A stretch of DNA of 64,000 nucleotides from Rotaria socialis (Eukaryota). This document shows positions 35,930-49,700 of this stretch, piece by piece. The stretch is from assembly GCA_905331295.1 (NCBI GenBank), contig CAJNYD010000051.1:1-64000 (forward strand), in the 5' to 3' direction. Numbering within the stretch: position 1 is the stretch's first letter; every line of letters starts with the position of its first letter. The translations under genes were made by a program, and so were the position numbers. Below the pieces are notes generated by a model. It saw nothing but the letters and a program-made list of their open reading frames with translations. It was not told the origin of the DNA and searched no databases.

Positions 35930-38900
35930 TAGAGACCATCGGGTCCGACCATAACCCGTACCCGTACCCGTACCCGCACGGGCGCGGGTAGGGCGCGGGC
36001 AGCAAATTCTTAAAAGTACGGGCCCGGGTTCGGGTTCGGGCCTTAGAAATTTTTTCAGAATTATCCGAAGAAAAAATGTTTTTCAGTGACTTTTTTAAGC
36101 AAAGAAACTGCTGAGCAAACTAAAAAGTTCTTATTCTATGATTACTTATGTAATATTTCATCAAAATATACTTAATTTATTTAAAAAATCGAAAAATATA
36201 CAACAAAACACTTGAGTATAATATCTTGACTTAATTTACATTTAGTGACTATAAATTTACAAATATATTATCAATGTCGATACTATTTTTGTTGTCGTCC
36301 TGGAAATCTTGAGTTGGATCATCGTCGTCGTCATTATTACTTTGATCATTTTCATTTAAGGACAAAATAGAATTGTTCATTTGATCATTAGCACATACTG
36401 TTTGAACATCTTCACCGGATATTAATGTTTTTTTTCTTGATTGCGTTTGGCTATTGCTTAAATTTTCATTGTGTATCTCTTTTAATCGGGTTGAATTTTT
36501 CTTTAGAAACAACAGTTGATTGAGTTTTTCGTGTGATAAATTGGTTCTTTTATCATTAACGATAATTTTGGATGCAGAAAATAACCTTTCTACTATTGTG
36601 TTGGAGGCTGGTATTGAAAAAAGTTCACGTACAATAGTTGATAATGTCGGATATTGTTCTTCTTGATTTTTCCAAAATAACAAAATGTCATCCGTTTCAG
36701 AAATTGTTTTTGTAGAAATCATGTACTCGTCTAGCTCCTTGAGTGGTGATTGGACCGGACGAATTTCTGGTGTTACTTTGTCAAAACAACGAGTTAATAA
36801 ATTGTTGACGCTATTTTCAACATTATCGACTGTATTCGTTACATCACGAGAGACTGCTGTTGGAGATTTACCAGTAGCTGAAATAACATTAGATGTTCGT
36901 GATAACAATTCTTTTCTAATGATTTTTAGTGCTTTGTTTTTTTCATTTGGAGCTGCATGAAAATGTTTTAATGAAGGATGAAGTAATGTACAAATATAAT
37001 GTTGTTCTTGAGGAATCCACGCCGACTTAATTCGATTTCCTGAAATGAGATGAAAATTTTTTTATAAATAAAACGCAATAGTTTTAATGTATAATGTGTA
37101 GAAAATAAATCTACATACAGAACTTCATGTACTCAGAAATCTCGAATTGATAAAATTAATTAAAAACATTATTCCAACTTTTAATGCTACTATTAAATTT
37201 TCTCATGTCCACTTACCTAGAAATACTTTTAACTCTTTTAATTCAGCAGTGTCTTCAAATTGTGGTTCACAATGATTTATCAATAGTTGCCGAAGCGGAA
37301 TGACCATATATATTGTGGGACGTTCTTCTTGACTTAACTTATTAATCACTTCTTCAAACAGCTCCAAAAATTTACATACTTCTTCTAATAATTCTTTGTC
37401 AATAACAGTGAAATAACTCAAATAATTGTTATTCAACACTACACCAATATCATCGAATACCTTGAGAAACACGTTTAACATATGAAATGCACCATTGAAA
37501 CGAGTATCTGAATACAGTTGTACTTTTCGACTTAACTTTACTTGTCGATGAGTTCTTCGGACATGCGTAGCAACTTTTTTAACATTTTCGAATAGATGTT
37601 GAACCTTGTCGCATTTAACAGTTTGTTTTTCGATCTCTTCTGAAGTAAAAGAATGTTCCAATTGCTTATTAAGGTAATGGATTGAACAACCAATGCGTAT
37701 GCATTTGTCTTTAAATGCTGCACGCATCTTATTCTCATTGTCAGTTACGACGAACACATTACTGTTCAAAACTAATCCAAATGAAACTAATTTATTCTCC
37801 ACAAATGTACGAACATTGCTAGCTGATTGTGTTTGAATATCGTACAAGAAACAACCAAGAATAAAGTTATTGATTCGATAGTCAATCGTTATATAGCGTA
37901 ATGCTAAACCACAATATGATAATCCTAAAAACAAAGAGAAACATGAAATTTAATGTAGAAGAAATTCAAATACACGTTAAAAAACGTCAATAAGTTCTTG
38001 ATATACTTATATGTATAGTTAGTGCTTGTGTCTTACTAATGAAATATTTAAAATCTGCTGATCTATTCAGTATCGACAGAATTAATGTGATGCAAGTCTC
38101 TACAGTTAGCTACTATTTATAAATAACTTCTTTGAGATAAAACATTCAAATTGAATTTATATGTCATAAAATATCATTTGTAAAATGATTAAGCTATTAC
38201 AAGATCAATACGTGATAACTAAAGTAAAGCTGCGTCTACTCTCTGGAACTTTAATGATAACTCTTTTACCTGTATAACGCTCCGTCCAGAAATCACAAAT
38301 TATGCAATAATACTTTATATTGATACATAATTTTGCTAATTCTGATTGTTTCTTTTTGTAGAGATCCTCAACATTGCGACTAACCTAGAATAGAACAGAT
38401 AGATAAAATTATGTTTGTCTGATTAAAGAAATTTACCGTAACTGGTGACGGTATTAAATCCTTTAAATTAACAGTTGATGTTGGACTAAAATATTTGCCC
38501 GCATCAAACAAAGATTGAGCCAATTTCATAAAGCCTTCTCCAGAAACGGTTTCGAATGGTCGGGAATCTAATGCAATAAATTCAACACATCCAATCTTCA
38601 CTCTATCTTTTATTTTCTTTGGTATAATCGATGTTTTGGATGAAGAAAAATAATCAGTAACCTGGTTTTGGTTGGAGGAATTGCTGCTGGGAATAGACGA
38701 TTCATTTTTGCATGAACGTGTGTGCCTTGCTAACGAATTAGTACCATCTCTTGCTCGATAAGCCATCAATTGTTTACATTTATCACATGAAACTATTTCT
38801 TGTTTTTTACCATCGACACAAATTATACTAAAAGATTGCCAAACAATTGATCTTTTTGGAGATTCCTTCGGTTTAAAAAATGAAATTGATTTTGAATCGT

Positions 38901-39319
38901 CATTTATCAGCTGTTGGATTCTTGTCTTCTTGGTTGATTTATCCATGATGTTCTTCGATTTAATATTCTTAATAACGTTAAAAACAAAGGTCGGTGTCGA
39001 TGGTAATAGTATGGTACAGTATTATTAAACAAACGAAAATATTTACAAAGAAGCAACAACTTTATTCTAATGTGAGATGTTACATGCTGAGAAAGACAGC
39101 CAATTATAGCTAAGTAATTTCTAACAATTCGTCGTTGTTAAAGATAGATGGCGCAACAAGTCGGGTCAAATTTCGGGTATCAGCAAATTTTCACCGGGCT
39201 CGGGTTCGGGTCTGGAAATTTTGCCAACGGGCTCGGGCGGTACTCGGGCACGAAAATTTGAAAATACCGGGTACGGGTTCGGGTACGGGCTCAAAAATTC
39301 CTCGACCCGATGGTCTCTA
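35930..39319 (-). mobile_element. hAT transposon (Hermes/Ac-like), full length
   Basis: Perfect 16-bp TIR TAGAGACCATCGGGTC (35930-35945 / 39304-39319), ACCCG/CGGG subterminal repeats; the flanking 8-mers do not match. Confidence 0.92.
36249..38946 (-). CDS. Hermes-like hAT transposase; exons 38946..38437, 38384..38270, 37924..37217, 37039..36249 (about 707 aa)
   Basis: BED finger (W..F...CDKC...L.RH...C), DSRPFETVSGEGF, CDFWT (D), VTDNENKM (D), CSIH, TRF, SNTIVERLFS (E). Three GT-AG introns give an uninterrupted frame. Confidence 0.88.
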
Positions 39320-40787
39320 TCCACAGGGCAACTTTTTGCACCCTGTCCTGCCCTGTTGAAAAAAAATGAATAAATTTAAGATGCGTCCTGCCCCTGCCCT
39401 GCCCTGTAGGTTTTCAGCAGGGCAGGGCAGGGTACCCTGCTGAATTGAAATAGCGTCTGTGTTGTAATTTTTGATATATCTCATAATAAAAAGACATGTT
39501 TCTCATTGTACCATAGAACAATTTTTTGTTTTAGAGCAAGTTCAGACAAGTCACGATGGACCCTTCTTAATCAGCGGTGGTCGATTCAATTGATACTTTT
39601 ATGATGATAGATGCAAGTGTTTGATGAATTCATGCGGAAACTGTTTCAAAAAATCTTGTTACATTCTTGAGACATTAGATTTTTCTGAGACCTATACTTC
39701 TTAAAGAAAATATTCATTTTGCTTGAAATTTTCAATGTAGATCTATATTTAGTTGGGGTATTTTCCCTGAAAATATGAGCTCAAACTGATCGATTATTGA
39801 TGAATTGACCTCGAGTACCAGTAACATTGAAAAAATTCTGTCTTTTTTTGTATTTTGTGGATGTACATTTTCATTTAGTAGATAATACTGGCGAGCTAAA
39901 ATTTTAACCACAGAGATCTCATTGACTAGATTTGGTAAAAAATTTAGTTCTCCAGCTAGTTTCATTTTTGTATGGAATCCTCAGGAAAAATGTGATTCTC
40001 GATCACCATGATTTTGATGAAAATCGCATTTTTGCAACGGCTTCCGATCGATGAGGACTAACAGGAGAGCTAAATTTTTTTATCAGACGTAGTCAAGGAG
40101 ATCTCTGTGGTTAAAATTTTAGCTCCCCAGTATTATCTACTAAATGAAAATGTACACCCACAAAATACAAAAAAGAACAGAATTTTTTCAATGTTATCGG
40201 TGTTCGAGGTCAACTTATCAATAATCGATCAGTTTGAGCTCATATTTTCAGGGGAAATATCTCAACTAACGATAAATCTATATTGAAAAGTTCAAGCAAA
40301 ATGAACATTTTCTTGAAGAAGTATAAGTCTAAAAAAAATCACGAATCTGTTAATTTTTGATGAGGATGCTCTTAGAAAAATTTTATTATCTCGGGAATAG
40401 AACAAAATATTTTGAAATGGCTTGTGTGGAAGTGGAAACTCATGAAACACTTGTCTCCATCGAGCGTAAAAAACGAGCCAACCGGCTACTATTGATTGAG
40501 CAGCTTCAGTGGAAACGGGTCGTGGCTTATATGGACCAGATCAGATAGAGAAAGTTCTGACTATCAGTTTGTGTCGTTCTCTGGAGTCTATTTTCTTATT
40601 TTTGAGTCTTGCGAACTAAAGGAAAAATTTCTTCAGCAAGGAAATCCAAACAACTGGGTTTTCACTTTGCAGGGTATAAGGTCTCACCCTGTCCTGCCCT
40701 GCAATTTCCCTGGCCTACCCTGTTCCTGCTCAGAGCAGGACAGGGCAGGGCACAGGGCAGTGTAGCCCTGTCCTGTGGACATCTCTG
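39320..40787. mobile_element. Non-autonomous hAT element, left TIR truncated by 8 bp
   Basis: Right end CCTGTGGACATCTCTG (40772-40787); left end begins TCCACAGG, lacking CAGAGATG; CAGGG/CCCTG subterminal repeats at both ends. Confidence 0.7.
39547..40530. repeat. Long foldback (about 1 kb imperfect palindrome) nested in the hAT derivative
   Basis: 39690-39965 is the close reverse complement of 40050-40330; weaker similarity extends to about 39547/40530. Confidence 0.8.
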
Positions 40788-41319
40788 GTGCATAGTAGCT
40801 TCCCTTTCACCAACTGTCCAGTGCTTTTTTAAATGTATAAAAGAGAAACAAAATATGTTTCTATGTACGTTCGACTATGCTCTACAAGATGATAGCATTC
40901 GATTTTTCAAATAGAGAGTTCGAAACATCCGTCATTGAAGTTACACGTTACGCGGACAAGCCGATATAAGTATATATACCTATAACTTTACAGCTCACTA
41001 TCTCTCTTAAAATACATGAAAATGTATATATGCCTATAACAGGCTTCCGTAATCCTAAATACAAAAATACCGTCACAAGTTTAATATTGTTTCCTTGACC
41101 TTTAAGAAAAGAGAAAAAAACGAATAATAGTTGTCAAAACAAAGACAGAAATAATGTACAGAACGAAACAAAAAGAACTACACTTGGAAAAGAAAATACG
41201 AAATAGAACGAAAAAAATGACTCCGACATAGTAAACATGTTTCTACACATGCAACGAAGCAAACAAAACAAATTCATATTATGATACATCATACTGGATG
41301 GGGCATGATATTGGTAAAA

Positions 41320-44300
41320 TAGTGGGGTAACTGGGCGTGGGCTAGTTCTGGCGCCGCCAGGGTACCGGTCAAAAGAAAGAATTAATAAGCACTATTAGAA
41401 TGTTTGTAGTTTATTGTTGTATATGCGATGAGATAGCTCTGAAAAAAACAATTAGTAAGTGACATCAATCGAATAAACTCTAGGCATTAATTAAATAACA
41501 ATATCAGTCGCTTGTATATTTTTGATTTTTGTATATATAATTATATATATCATATAACAAAATAAGTAATTGATTACTTTATAAGTAGTGCATTAAAAGC
41601 CAGAATGTCTGATTGTCATGCTCTGCATCACATCTTAATATGATGATCTTATGCTGATGCAGTTTATGCTAAGAAATATTGCCTCTGTGACGTTGTACGC
41701 GATATTTTCTTTCGTTCTGCGTTTTCTTCTCTATTCTTTATGTATGGGTATTTTCCCTCTTGTTACCACACTATGTATAGTGGTTGCAGTGTTGTGATGA
41801 ATATACACACACACTCAAATTGAAACAAATCTAAGCAGCATATAAATATCTCAAACTGGCTTTGAAATGGAAAACAATTCTAAAGAACCTAAAAGTGGAA
41901 CTATCGAATCATTTTTTAGTTCACAAACTACCAAAAAGCAGAAATATGTTGTTTCTTTAAGCTTAGGTGAGTTAATAGTCATTCAAACAGGTGAGATTAA
42001 TGCATCATAGCCTATAGGCGAACAACAAGATCCGATTTCATCATATTCGTCAACTAATAAACAACAAGATCAAATTCATTCGTCTTCATCAGAGTCTTCT
42101 CTATTGTTGTCTTCATCGTCAAATACACAAGTATCTAATATTACTGATATCAGTCGTTCAGTTGGTGAATTACCAGCAAAACCAATACGTCCTTCTTATC
42201 CATCAAACAAAGATAAAAGATCGTTTCGTAGTCAATGGTATTCACATTTTACTTGGCTAGAATATTCGGAATTAACAGATTCAGCCTATTGTTATTATTG
42301 CAGACACTTTAGTACTGAAACAATCTTAAATAATCGAGTAATTAAATTTTGCCTAGGGCGTAGATTTCTTTTTGAAGGCTCAATTCTTTTTTCTTTTTTT
42401 TGCATTTGTCGTGATGCAACACAATTTTTTTCTCTCTAACTCGTGTTTAGAATCAGAGTGATGCTTTCGTACGGGGGTTCAGCAGTTAGAAAAATGCTTT
42501 CAGTTCTAAACAAGGATTTTTGAGTCATCAAAATACTCAATGCCATAAAATAGCTGAAATTAATTATACACAATATGTTGCACGTACAAAATCTAGTACA
42601 AATATATTACAGTGATAGATAAATCAAGAAATGAATTGGTAAAACGTAATCATGAAAAACTAATTAAAATTGTCTCGACATTACATTTGTGTGGTCGGCA
42701 AGTGGTTGCCATACGAGGGCATGAAAAAGGCGAATCGTAAGTATATTCTAAAGAATAAAACTGTATAATTTTAGTGTTTCTTACTCCAATAGATCATTAA
42801 GTCAAGGAAATTTCATCGAATTACTACATTGGACTAGTAGTGCTGATCCAGTTGCTTTATCTATTCTTAAAGATAGTGATCGAAATACAACTTATCTTAG
42901 TCCACGTATACAAAATTAATTAATTTCACTTTTAGCTAATCAGATTCAACAGCAAATATCAGAGAAAGTATTATTGCTTTAATTTCATTAATAAACTAGT
43001 ATTTTTATGTGCTCTCTCTTCATAGATAAAAGGATGTGTTTTTGCATTGATGGCTGACGAGTCCCATAATGGATCTGGATGTGAACAACTTAGTGTAATC
43101 ATACGTGTTATTGATCGTAAAGTTGAGACAAATAATGATTGAAATCAATATGCATCTCTATTCAAAGAATATTTTCTTAGTTTCGTCAAACTTGATCAAT
43201 TTGATGCTGAAACATTAACTAAAGAGATTGTACAGCTTTATCGTCTTTAAATATTGATTTAAAAAATTGTATAGCAGTATGCTTCGATGGGTATGAGTAA
43301 TGAACGATTCACGATGATAAGAGAGAGTGTGCATATCCTCTTCTTTTAGAGCAGCTGTTATGGCTGAAAAAAATAGGGGCTTGCAGGCTTTACTACGTCA
43401 ACAATATATTCCACACACAATCTACATACATTGCTACGCACATAATTTGAACCTGGTCATTTGTGACGTTACAAAGGAAGTTCCCTATTATCAGAATTCT
43501 ATTCCATTATCAATAAAATTTATACTTATTTTCATACATCAAGTGCGACGAAGGACATATTCAAATCAGTTCAGCAAAGATTAAATTTAGGTACGAATAT
43601 TTCGAGTTTATTTACAAGCAACAAAACAAAAGCTCGTTATTTACTTTTTGTAGAAGATTCTTCCGGTAGCTCCAGTACTACAATAAAAAAAATGGGCTGA
43701 AACAAGATGGGATAGTCGTTAGACATCTATCCAATCTATTATTCAAAATTATAAAGTTTTAATTAAAAGTTTAGAAGAATTAGCAGATGATGGTACAGAA
43801 CGTTCCACATATGCACGAGGTTTATTATTAGCATTAAATGAACCATTATTCATTGTAACTATTTTCATTATGGATCGTTTACTTGATAAAATAATAATCT
43901 TATCCGATCAATTAAAGTGCAAGATTTTCCTTTAGACTTACGCTATTTTTTCTAAATTTACTGTCAACCGTATCCTTTTTTATTTTATCTAGCAAAATCA
44001 CTCGATTTTAGTACAGCTCATAATTTCATTAGTGCTGTTAGTAATCAAATCAGTGAGCTTAGAAACGAGGAAGAATTTTCCAAATTATATGATCAAATCA
44101 TTGAATTTTCTGGTGAAAATAATATTGATTTAAATAATAAAATGAAAGAAAGAAGAACAAGAAAAACTTCCACTAGGTTTAAAAACTGTTTAATTACATG
44201 TACAATTGAACAACGTGAAGAAATTGATAATAAAAATAAATATAGAATATTTGCTTTCTATCCAGTAATTGATTCTATTCTTGTCGAAATCAATGATCGT

Positions 44301-44975
44301 TTTTCGAAAACAAACATGGATATTCTTCGTGGTGTTTCATCATTATCACCTGATAGTTCAACATTTTTAGAAATAGATGAGTTGAAAGTTTTATGTGTAA
44401 TGTTAAAATCGGATATTCAATTATTAAATAATGAAATTCAAGTACGAAAGCCAATGCTAAAACAGTTAAAACCAAAAAATATGATCGATTTGTATTTTGA
44501 AATTTTACCATTCGGACAAGCGTTTCCACGTATTCTTTCACTTCTTATCGGTGCAATGGCAATTCCAGTATCATCTACCACAACAGAAAGGGCTTCTAGT
44601 AAAATGAAGCTCATTAAAACTGTTGCACGTAACAGTATGTCAGACAGCATGCTTATTGATTTATTATTACGAGCAATTGAACGAGAGTTCTGCGTTGATT
44701 ACGAAAAGCTTATTGATGCTTTTGATATTCAACATAACAACAGCAGAATAATACTGAAGTAGGTTTTGTTGGTTAACTTTGTTTCCTGACTTTTCTTTTT
44801 GCTGTTTAGTTTAACTTAATAAAATACCAGATACATTGTTTTTGTCTCTTTCCGTAGTTGAACGAAAATTGTTAGATTCAGTTGAGCTTTGGGAAACACT
44901 AACTACCGTGAATAATTTCTTTTAAAGCTTATAAGGCACCGCCAGGGAACCCACAATTTCCTGGTTACGCCACTA
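41320..44975 (+). mobile_element. Decayed hAT element of the ZMYM1-like/Tip100 type with a pseudogenised transposase
   Basis: Imperfect TIR TAGTGG.GTAAC..GG. Fragments RSFRSQWYSHFTWLEYS..AYCYYCRHF (TTF-type finger), IRGHE, GNFIELL, MADES, HCYAHNLNLVI, ETRW, PVSSTTTERASS; multiple stops and frameshifts. Confidence 0.85.
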
Positions 44976-45947
44976 TGACAACGATTAAGAATTATATTTT
45001 TTGTGTAGAAGATTCACAGCATTATTTTTCACACAAAAAATCGAAGCACATAACAATAACCTTGTTCGGATTCGATTTGGTGATAATCTACAATTCTTCA
45101 ATCTGAAAAAAGTAAACATTTATTTTTACTAACAGTACAATGAAGTCGCACAAAAGAAATCAATAACAAATAGTGGTATGTGTGCAGGCATTGATTATAG
45201 AAATAAAAATGAAATAAAAACAAGAGAACAACCTTGATCAAACTGTCTACAATAATCTTCTAGTTAATAAAAGAATACAACAGTAACAATGAGCCATGAA
45301 TACTATAGAGAAGCCTGTAGTGGCAGTTTTTCTGTTATTCTACTGCTATTCAAATCATAGTTACTTGCATTGTTTTATATTACCGTCACAAATTTTCGAA
45401 AATCATAATTTGATAGTGTAACTATTGGTTGTAGCGAAAGTGAGGTTCGTATCAAGATTTCGAGAAACAGGTTAGATCACGTTAAATTAGGAATTATTTC
45501 GTTCTCATTTATTAGTTTCAACATTTATATTTTAAGCTTTTCTATTTTTATTTTGTCAGTAATGAGCATAATTCAAAATAAGTGGCATAAAAATATATCT
45601 TTAGGCATCTAAAGAGTTGCTTCTATTAGAAGAAAATCAATTTTCAGTCAGCACTGAGTTCAGCTGAATAACAAAAGGTTCAAAATTTCTATAAGTTTTG
45701 CAACAAAATAGGCTACACACCAAAAAACATCTTCCCAACGTAGGCTTTCATGCGTATCCAATCATATTCTCAACGAATTACTAAAAAAAATTTATAACTT
45801 GCCAGGAATTAATGCGATGATTTTCAAATTGAAAAATGCTGAAATTATGAAAATTACAATTAATTTTTCTAAAGGAAATGAATTAATTTTTCTTAGAGTT
45901 GCCTTAAAATCATTAGTGAGTCCATTTCTGAAGAGCCCAATCAAAAA

Positions 45948-46654
45948 ATGGCAGCACGGATCCAGCAACCGTTACCACTAGGCAAAGGACAACAACAACA
46001 AAATAATGGTAAGTAAAATACTTATTTATGAACATTAGACTGATTCTTACTTCGTTTGATGAGAGAGCTCATACATATCTTCGTATAAAGATTTCACTTT
46101 TTAACTGACCAAAAATTGATTGATCAAAATATTTTTCTCATTTAGCCGTTCCCGCGCGAGTCGTGCCAAAGCTGCCACTGGAATATTTTCAAAAGAATCC
46201 TTTCTTCGCATTTCCTTCTTCATATCATCGCGATTATTATATTTGTACTGATTGCGGTGCTTATTCTTGTGGCGGAGTTTATTCGAGTCGTTGTCGTAAA
46301 TGTCATGGTGTTGCTTCGGACCCTCCCCGTGAAAGCCGCCGTGATTATCTTTGTATTGAATGTGCTCGTCGTTATGAGCCTTGCAGTTGTGATCCTACTG
46401 TTATTGTTATGCATCATGAGTTAATTTATCGTAACCCTCCTGAATATTGCTGGTGTAAGTGTTGCACGTGTTGCAAATATTCATGTTCATGCACGTGCTG
46501 CGATTTTTTTTGCGAGTGCCTGTCTTCCAGATGTCTACTATTTGAGCCATGCTGTTATTGTACTCGCATCTGTTGCCCAAATCAAGTCTGTTGTAAAACG
46601 CGCTTTTGTTTCTGGTCATGGTGTCCATGCTCATGCTCAAGACCATTCACATGA
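45948..46654 (+). CDS. Cysteine-rich protein of unknown function; exons 45948..46008 and 46146..46654 (about 189 aa)
   Basis: ATG at 45948; intron GTAAGT 46009..46145 TTTAG joins in frame; 33 Cys in the second exon. Confidence 0.75.
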
Positions 46655-47624
46655 GCGAAGATCTTCAATTGATAAGTTGCTTTTGAGTTGGACTATGTAC
46701 AATATACAGCTCCGAGTGAGATATGAATATTTTGAAAACATTCATATTAGTTGCTAATTACTCCTGAGATACTGCATTTGTAAAAAAGTTTTTGTTGACT
46801 AAATATTATGACTTCTGTCATTAACATTGAACCTGTACTTTGAACTTCACTGTGAAATTCTATGAAAAGTTATGACTCGCATATCGGAATCTATTGATCC
46901 ACATGAATGATATTGTATAGTATCATACTTTTTATTTTCAATACCTTATCTTAAGATAAAGACAATGGAAGATCTAAAACTTTCACCATAAACTTTTGTT
47001 GTATCTCAGCAGTAATAATTTCATAGTTTGAGATGATTTCAAAATATTTATAGTTCATCAGGATCTACATATGTACATTGCAGTTCCACTAAGAAAATGA
47101 CTTTTCACTTTGCGACTGACTGCTATTAGCCTAGTAAATATGCGATCTTTTATTTATTATCCGATTAAACGTATAATTTGTTACTAAATGAAATATTAGT
47201 CTTGAATCTATATCTTTCTCTTCTTGGAACAGTCTTCGTACTTATTATCAGATTTGTACTCTTTATTTTCTCTTTAAATAAATTTTCATTTTGCTTTTTG
47301 TCAATCCCAATAAAATTATTTTTATCATTAGTTGCCATTGACAATGAGCATTTTAATTACAAAATGATGGTTGAACTTCTTTCTATACGCTAATGTGAAT
47401 TGAGACACGAGAGATCCTAGAAAATTCACAGAAAATAGATCCGAATTTGACTAATTATAATGGTAAATGCAAGATGCACAAATATGTGTGATGCTTTTCT
47501 CCCAATATTTATGAAGCTTAATATCGATATTATTCATCAATCTTTCAGCGCTTTTACTCTTCGAACATTGACTCGCGTTGCCTTTTATTTTTACTCTAGA
47601 TTCTAAAACATATTAATCTTGACT

Positions 47625-48796
47625 ATGGGCACAACTGTAAGTAGCAATAGGGTTAGGAGAATGAGTCCAATTCGACCAAAGCCAACAATAGATCCATTGA
47701 AAACGCAGCCTGTGCGACCTTCATCAAATATCATAAAACCAAATAATCAGCAGACGAAGGCAGAAAAGGAAGAAAAACTTAAATGGCCCGGACCACCATC
47801 TCCACCCAGAGAAAAATTTGTGCATCCTTTGCCTGAAGATGATAAGCAGTATGCATTTAAAAAATCATATCCAGTTAAGGTAAAGCTATTTCATGGTTAC
47901 GTCTTTGCATGCTCTTTTCTTGTATTCTAATTTCATGAGATTTGTTGCTTCTTAAATTTTTTGCAAGCAAACTCTGTTTAGATAATTGATCGAAGTCTGA
48001 AACAGGGAAGCACATGTTAACTTTGGTTCAAAAATAATACTTGTTCAAATCTAATACTATAATACTCTTTCATTTTTAGCTATTACCAGGATCCGAGGAG
48101 CGTCCAATGATAGAAACCAAACAAAAATCTAACTCTCAAAAAGAGACTAGTACTACCCATTCGAATTCCGCCTATTCCAGTGTTCACGATTCAGCTCATG
48201 TTCAATCGATTTTGAAGAGTCAATCGCATTCATGCGTTAATTTATCGACAAATGAAGAAATAGTAAGACTCAAGACTCGTCTGGGAGAAGTTCCTAGAAA
48301 ACTTGACACGAATGTCAAAGAGTGTCTTGAAGTTGTAACAAAAGAGCTACAAGAGATTATCGAACAAATCAACAAAGACACAAATAATGTACAACAAACT
48401 CTGTTGTTATATGCAAGGAAACAACAGTCAGCACAGGACGAGTTATATCGAATATGGCTTCAATATTATATTGCAGAATTGGATGATTGGAAATCGAGAC
48501 ATTTAGCCGATTTGCAAGCGCAACTATATGTGCACCAGGATAAAATAACCAGAAACTCGCAGAGAAGAATCTCATTTGTGAGTCATAAAGCGAACGAAAT
48601 CAAGATGCAAATTTTGAGAGAACTGCAAGAACAAGCATCACGTGAAATGAACGACTTATTGATGCAAATTGAATTACTCTCACGTGAAACAACTCAACAT
48701 CTAGGTAGTGAGACAATGACGAATATCAATTTAACAATACAATCAAATGTCGGCACAAAACTGCCTGGACAACAATCTAAATTTGATTTTACTTAG
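47625..48796 (+). CDS. Hypothetical protein with disordered N-terminus and long coiled coil; exons 47625..47879 and 48080..48796 (about 323 aa)
   Basis: MGTTVSS start, Pro/Ser-rich N-terminal half, phase-0 GT-AG intron, amphipathic Q/E/L-rich helix, C-terminal HLGSETMTNINLTIQSNVG. Confidence 0.75.
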
Positions 48797-49234
48797 AACA
48801 ACCTAGAAATGTAGAGAACCGATTAGAAAATCAAAAGCAAGATTGATTTTCAGATTAAATAAAACGTAAAAATAGAGTTAAATAGATTTTATCCGGCGGT
48901 AATCAGTTCATATCGAGTTTTATTTATCTACGCTGTCCTATGAACCTATCGTCTAATAGCTTTGAATTGATTCCTAGTGTATTTTTGGTATGTCGCGTTG
49001 CAACAGTATGCATATGCATATATATATGTATATATACTAGGTTGAGGGAAAAGTTCGTTCTCTGGACAAAGCTTCAATCAAATTTTTTTTTGTTACTTTC
49101 TCAAAATAACACGGCGCACGAAGTTTTTCCTCAACCTTATAATATGTATATATAGGAATTTCAAATATGCTTAAATCTGGTTGGTTTGGTTTCCGTGAAA
49201 ATTTTAGAGCCTTTAAGCAAGAAAAATAAAAATA

Positions 49235-49530
49235 CCCAGGTCCAACAGGTCGGCCTGGAGACGGCCGGTTCCGGATAGTTCCGTTGATTTTGTGGAAGCA
49301 GTATTCCGGTTGGAAATTTTTCGCATCTTCCCGATGATTTCCGATCAATTCCTGTCGGAAAGCACCGGAACTTGGCAGGAATTCTCCGGAAAAGTCTGAC
49401 CGTATTTTTGACCGGAATATTGCTTCCATGTTCCAGCGATTTCCGGTGTTTTCCTGCAGGATATGGTGACTTTCCCGCATATTCCCTGGAGTATCCTACG
49501 GGATCCGGTGGCTGGAATGTTCGATCTGGG
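49235..49530. mobile_element. CCCAGGT-family MITE
   Basis: TA-CCCAGGTC...GATCTGGG-TA; CCGGA-rich interior similar to 16591-16806. Confidence 0.8.
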
Positions 49531-49700
49531 TAGGTATTAAAAATTGATGGATTGGTATTCGAACTTCGAGATAAACCACTATAATCATTGATATATTGAA
49601 TTGACATCAATCACAAAATGACGTCTAATATCTTATGTGAGGATTCTCTCAGATAAGGGACTAATTTTCCTAAAATCTTTTCACGGTAAATAAAAGAAAA

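Noticed and set aside
39135..39359. Short Gly/Arg-rich ORF (also 40496-40914)
   Set aside because: Translation of hAT subterminal repeats.
49037..49610. 147-aa and 149-aa minus-strand ORFs (also 16440-16902 and 22602-22805)
   Set aside because: Open frames arise from GC-rich MITE sequence; no protein motifs.
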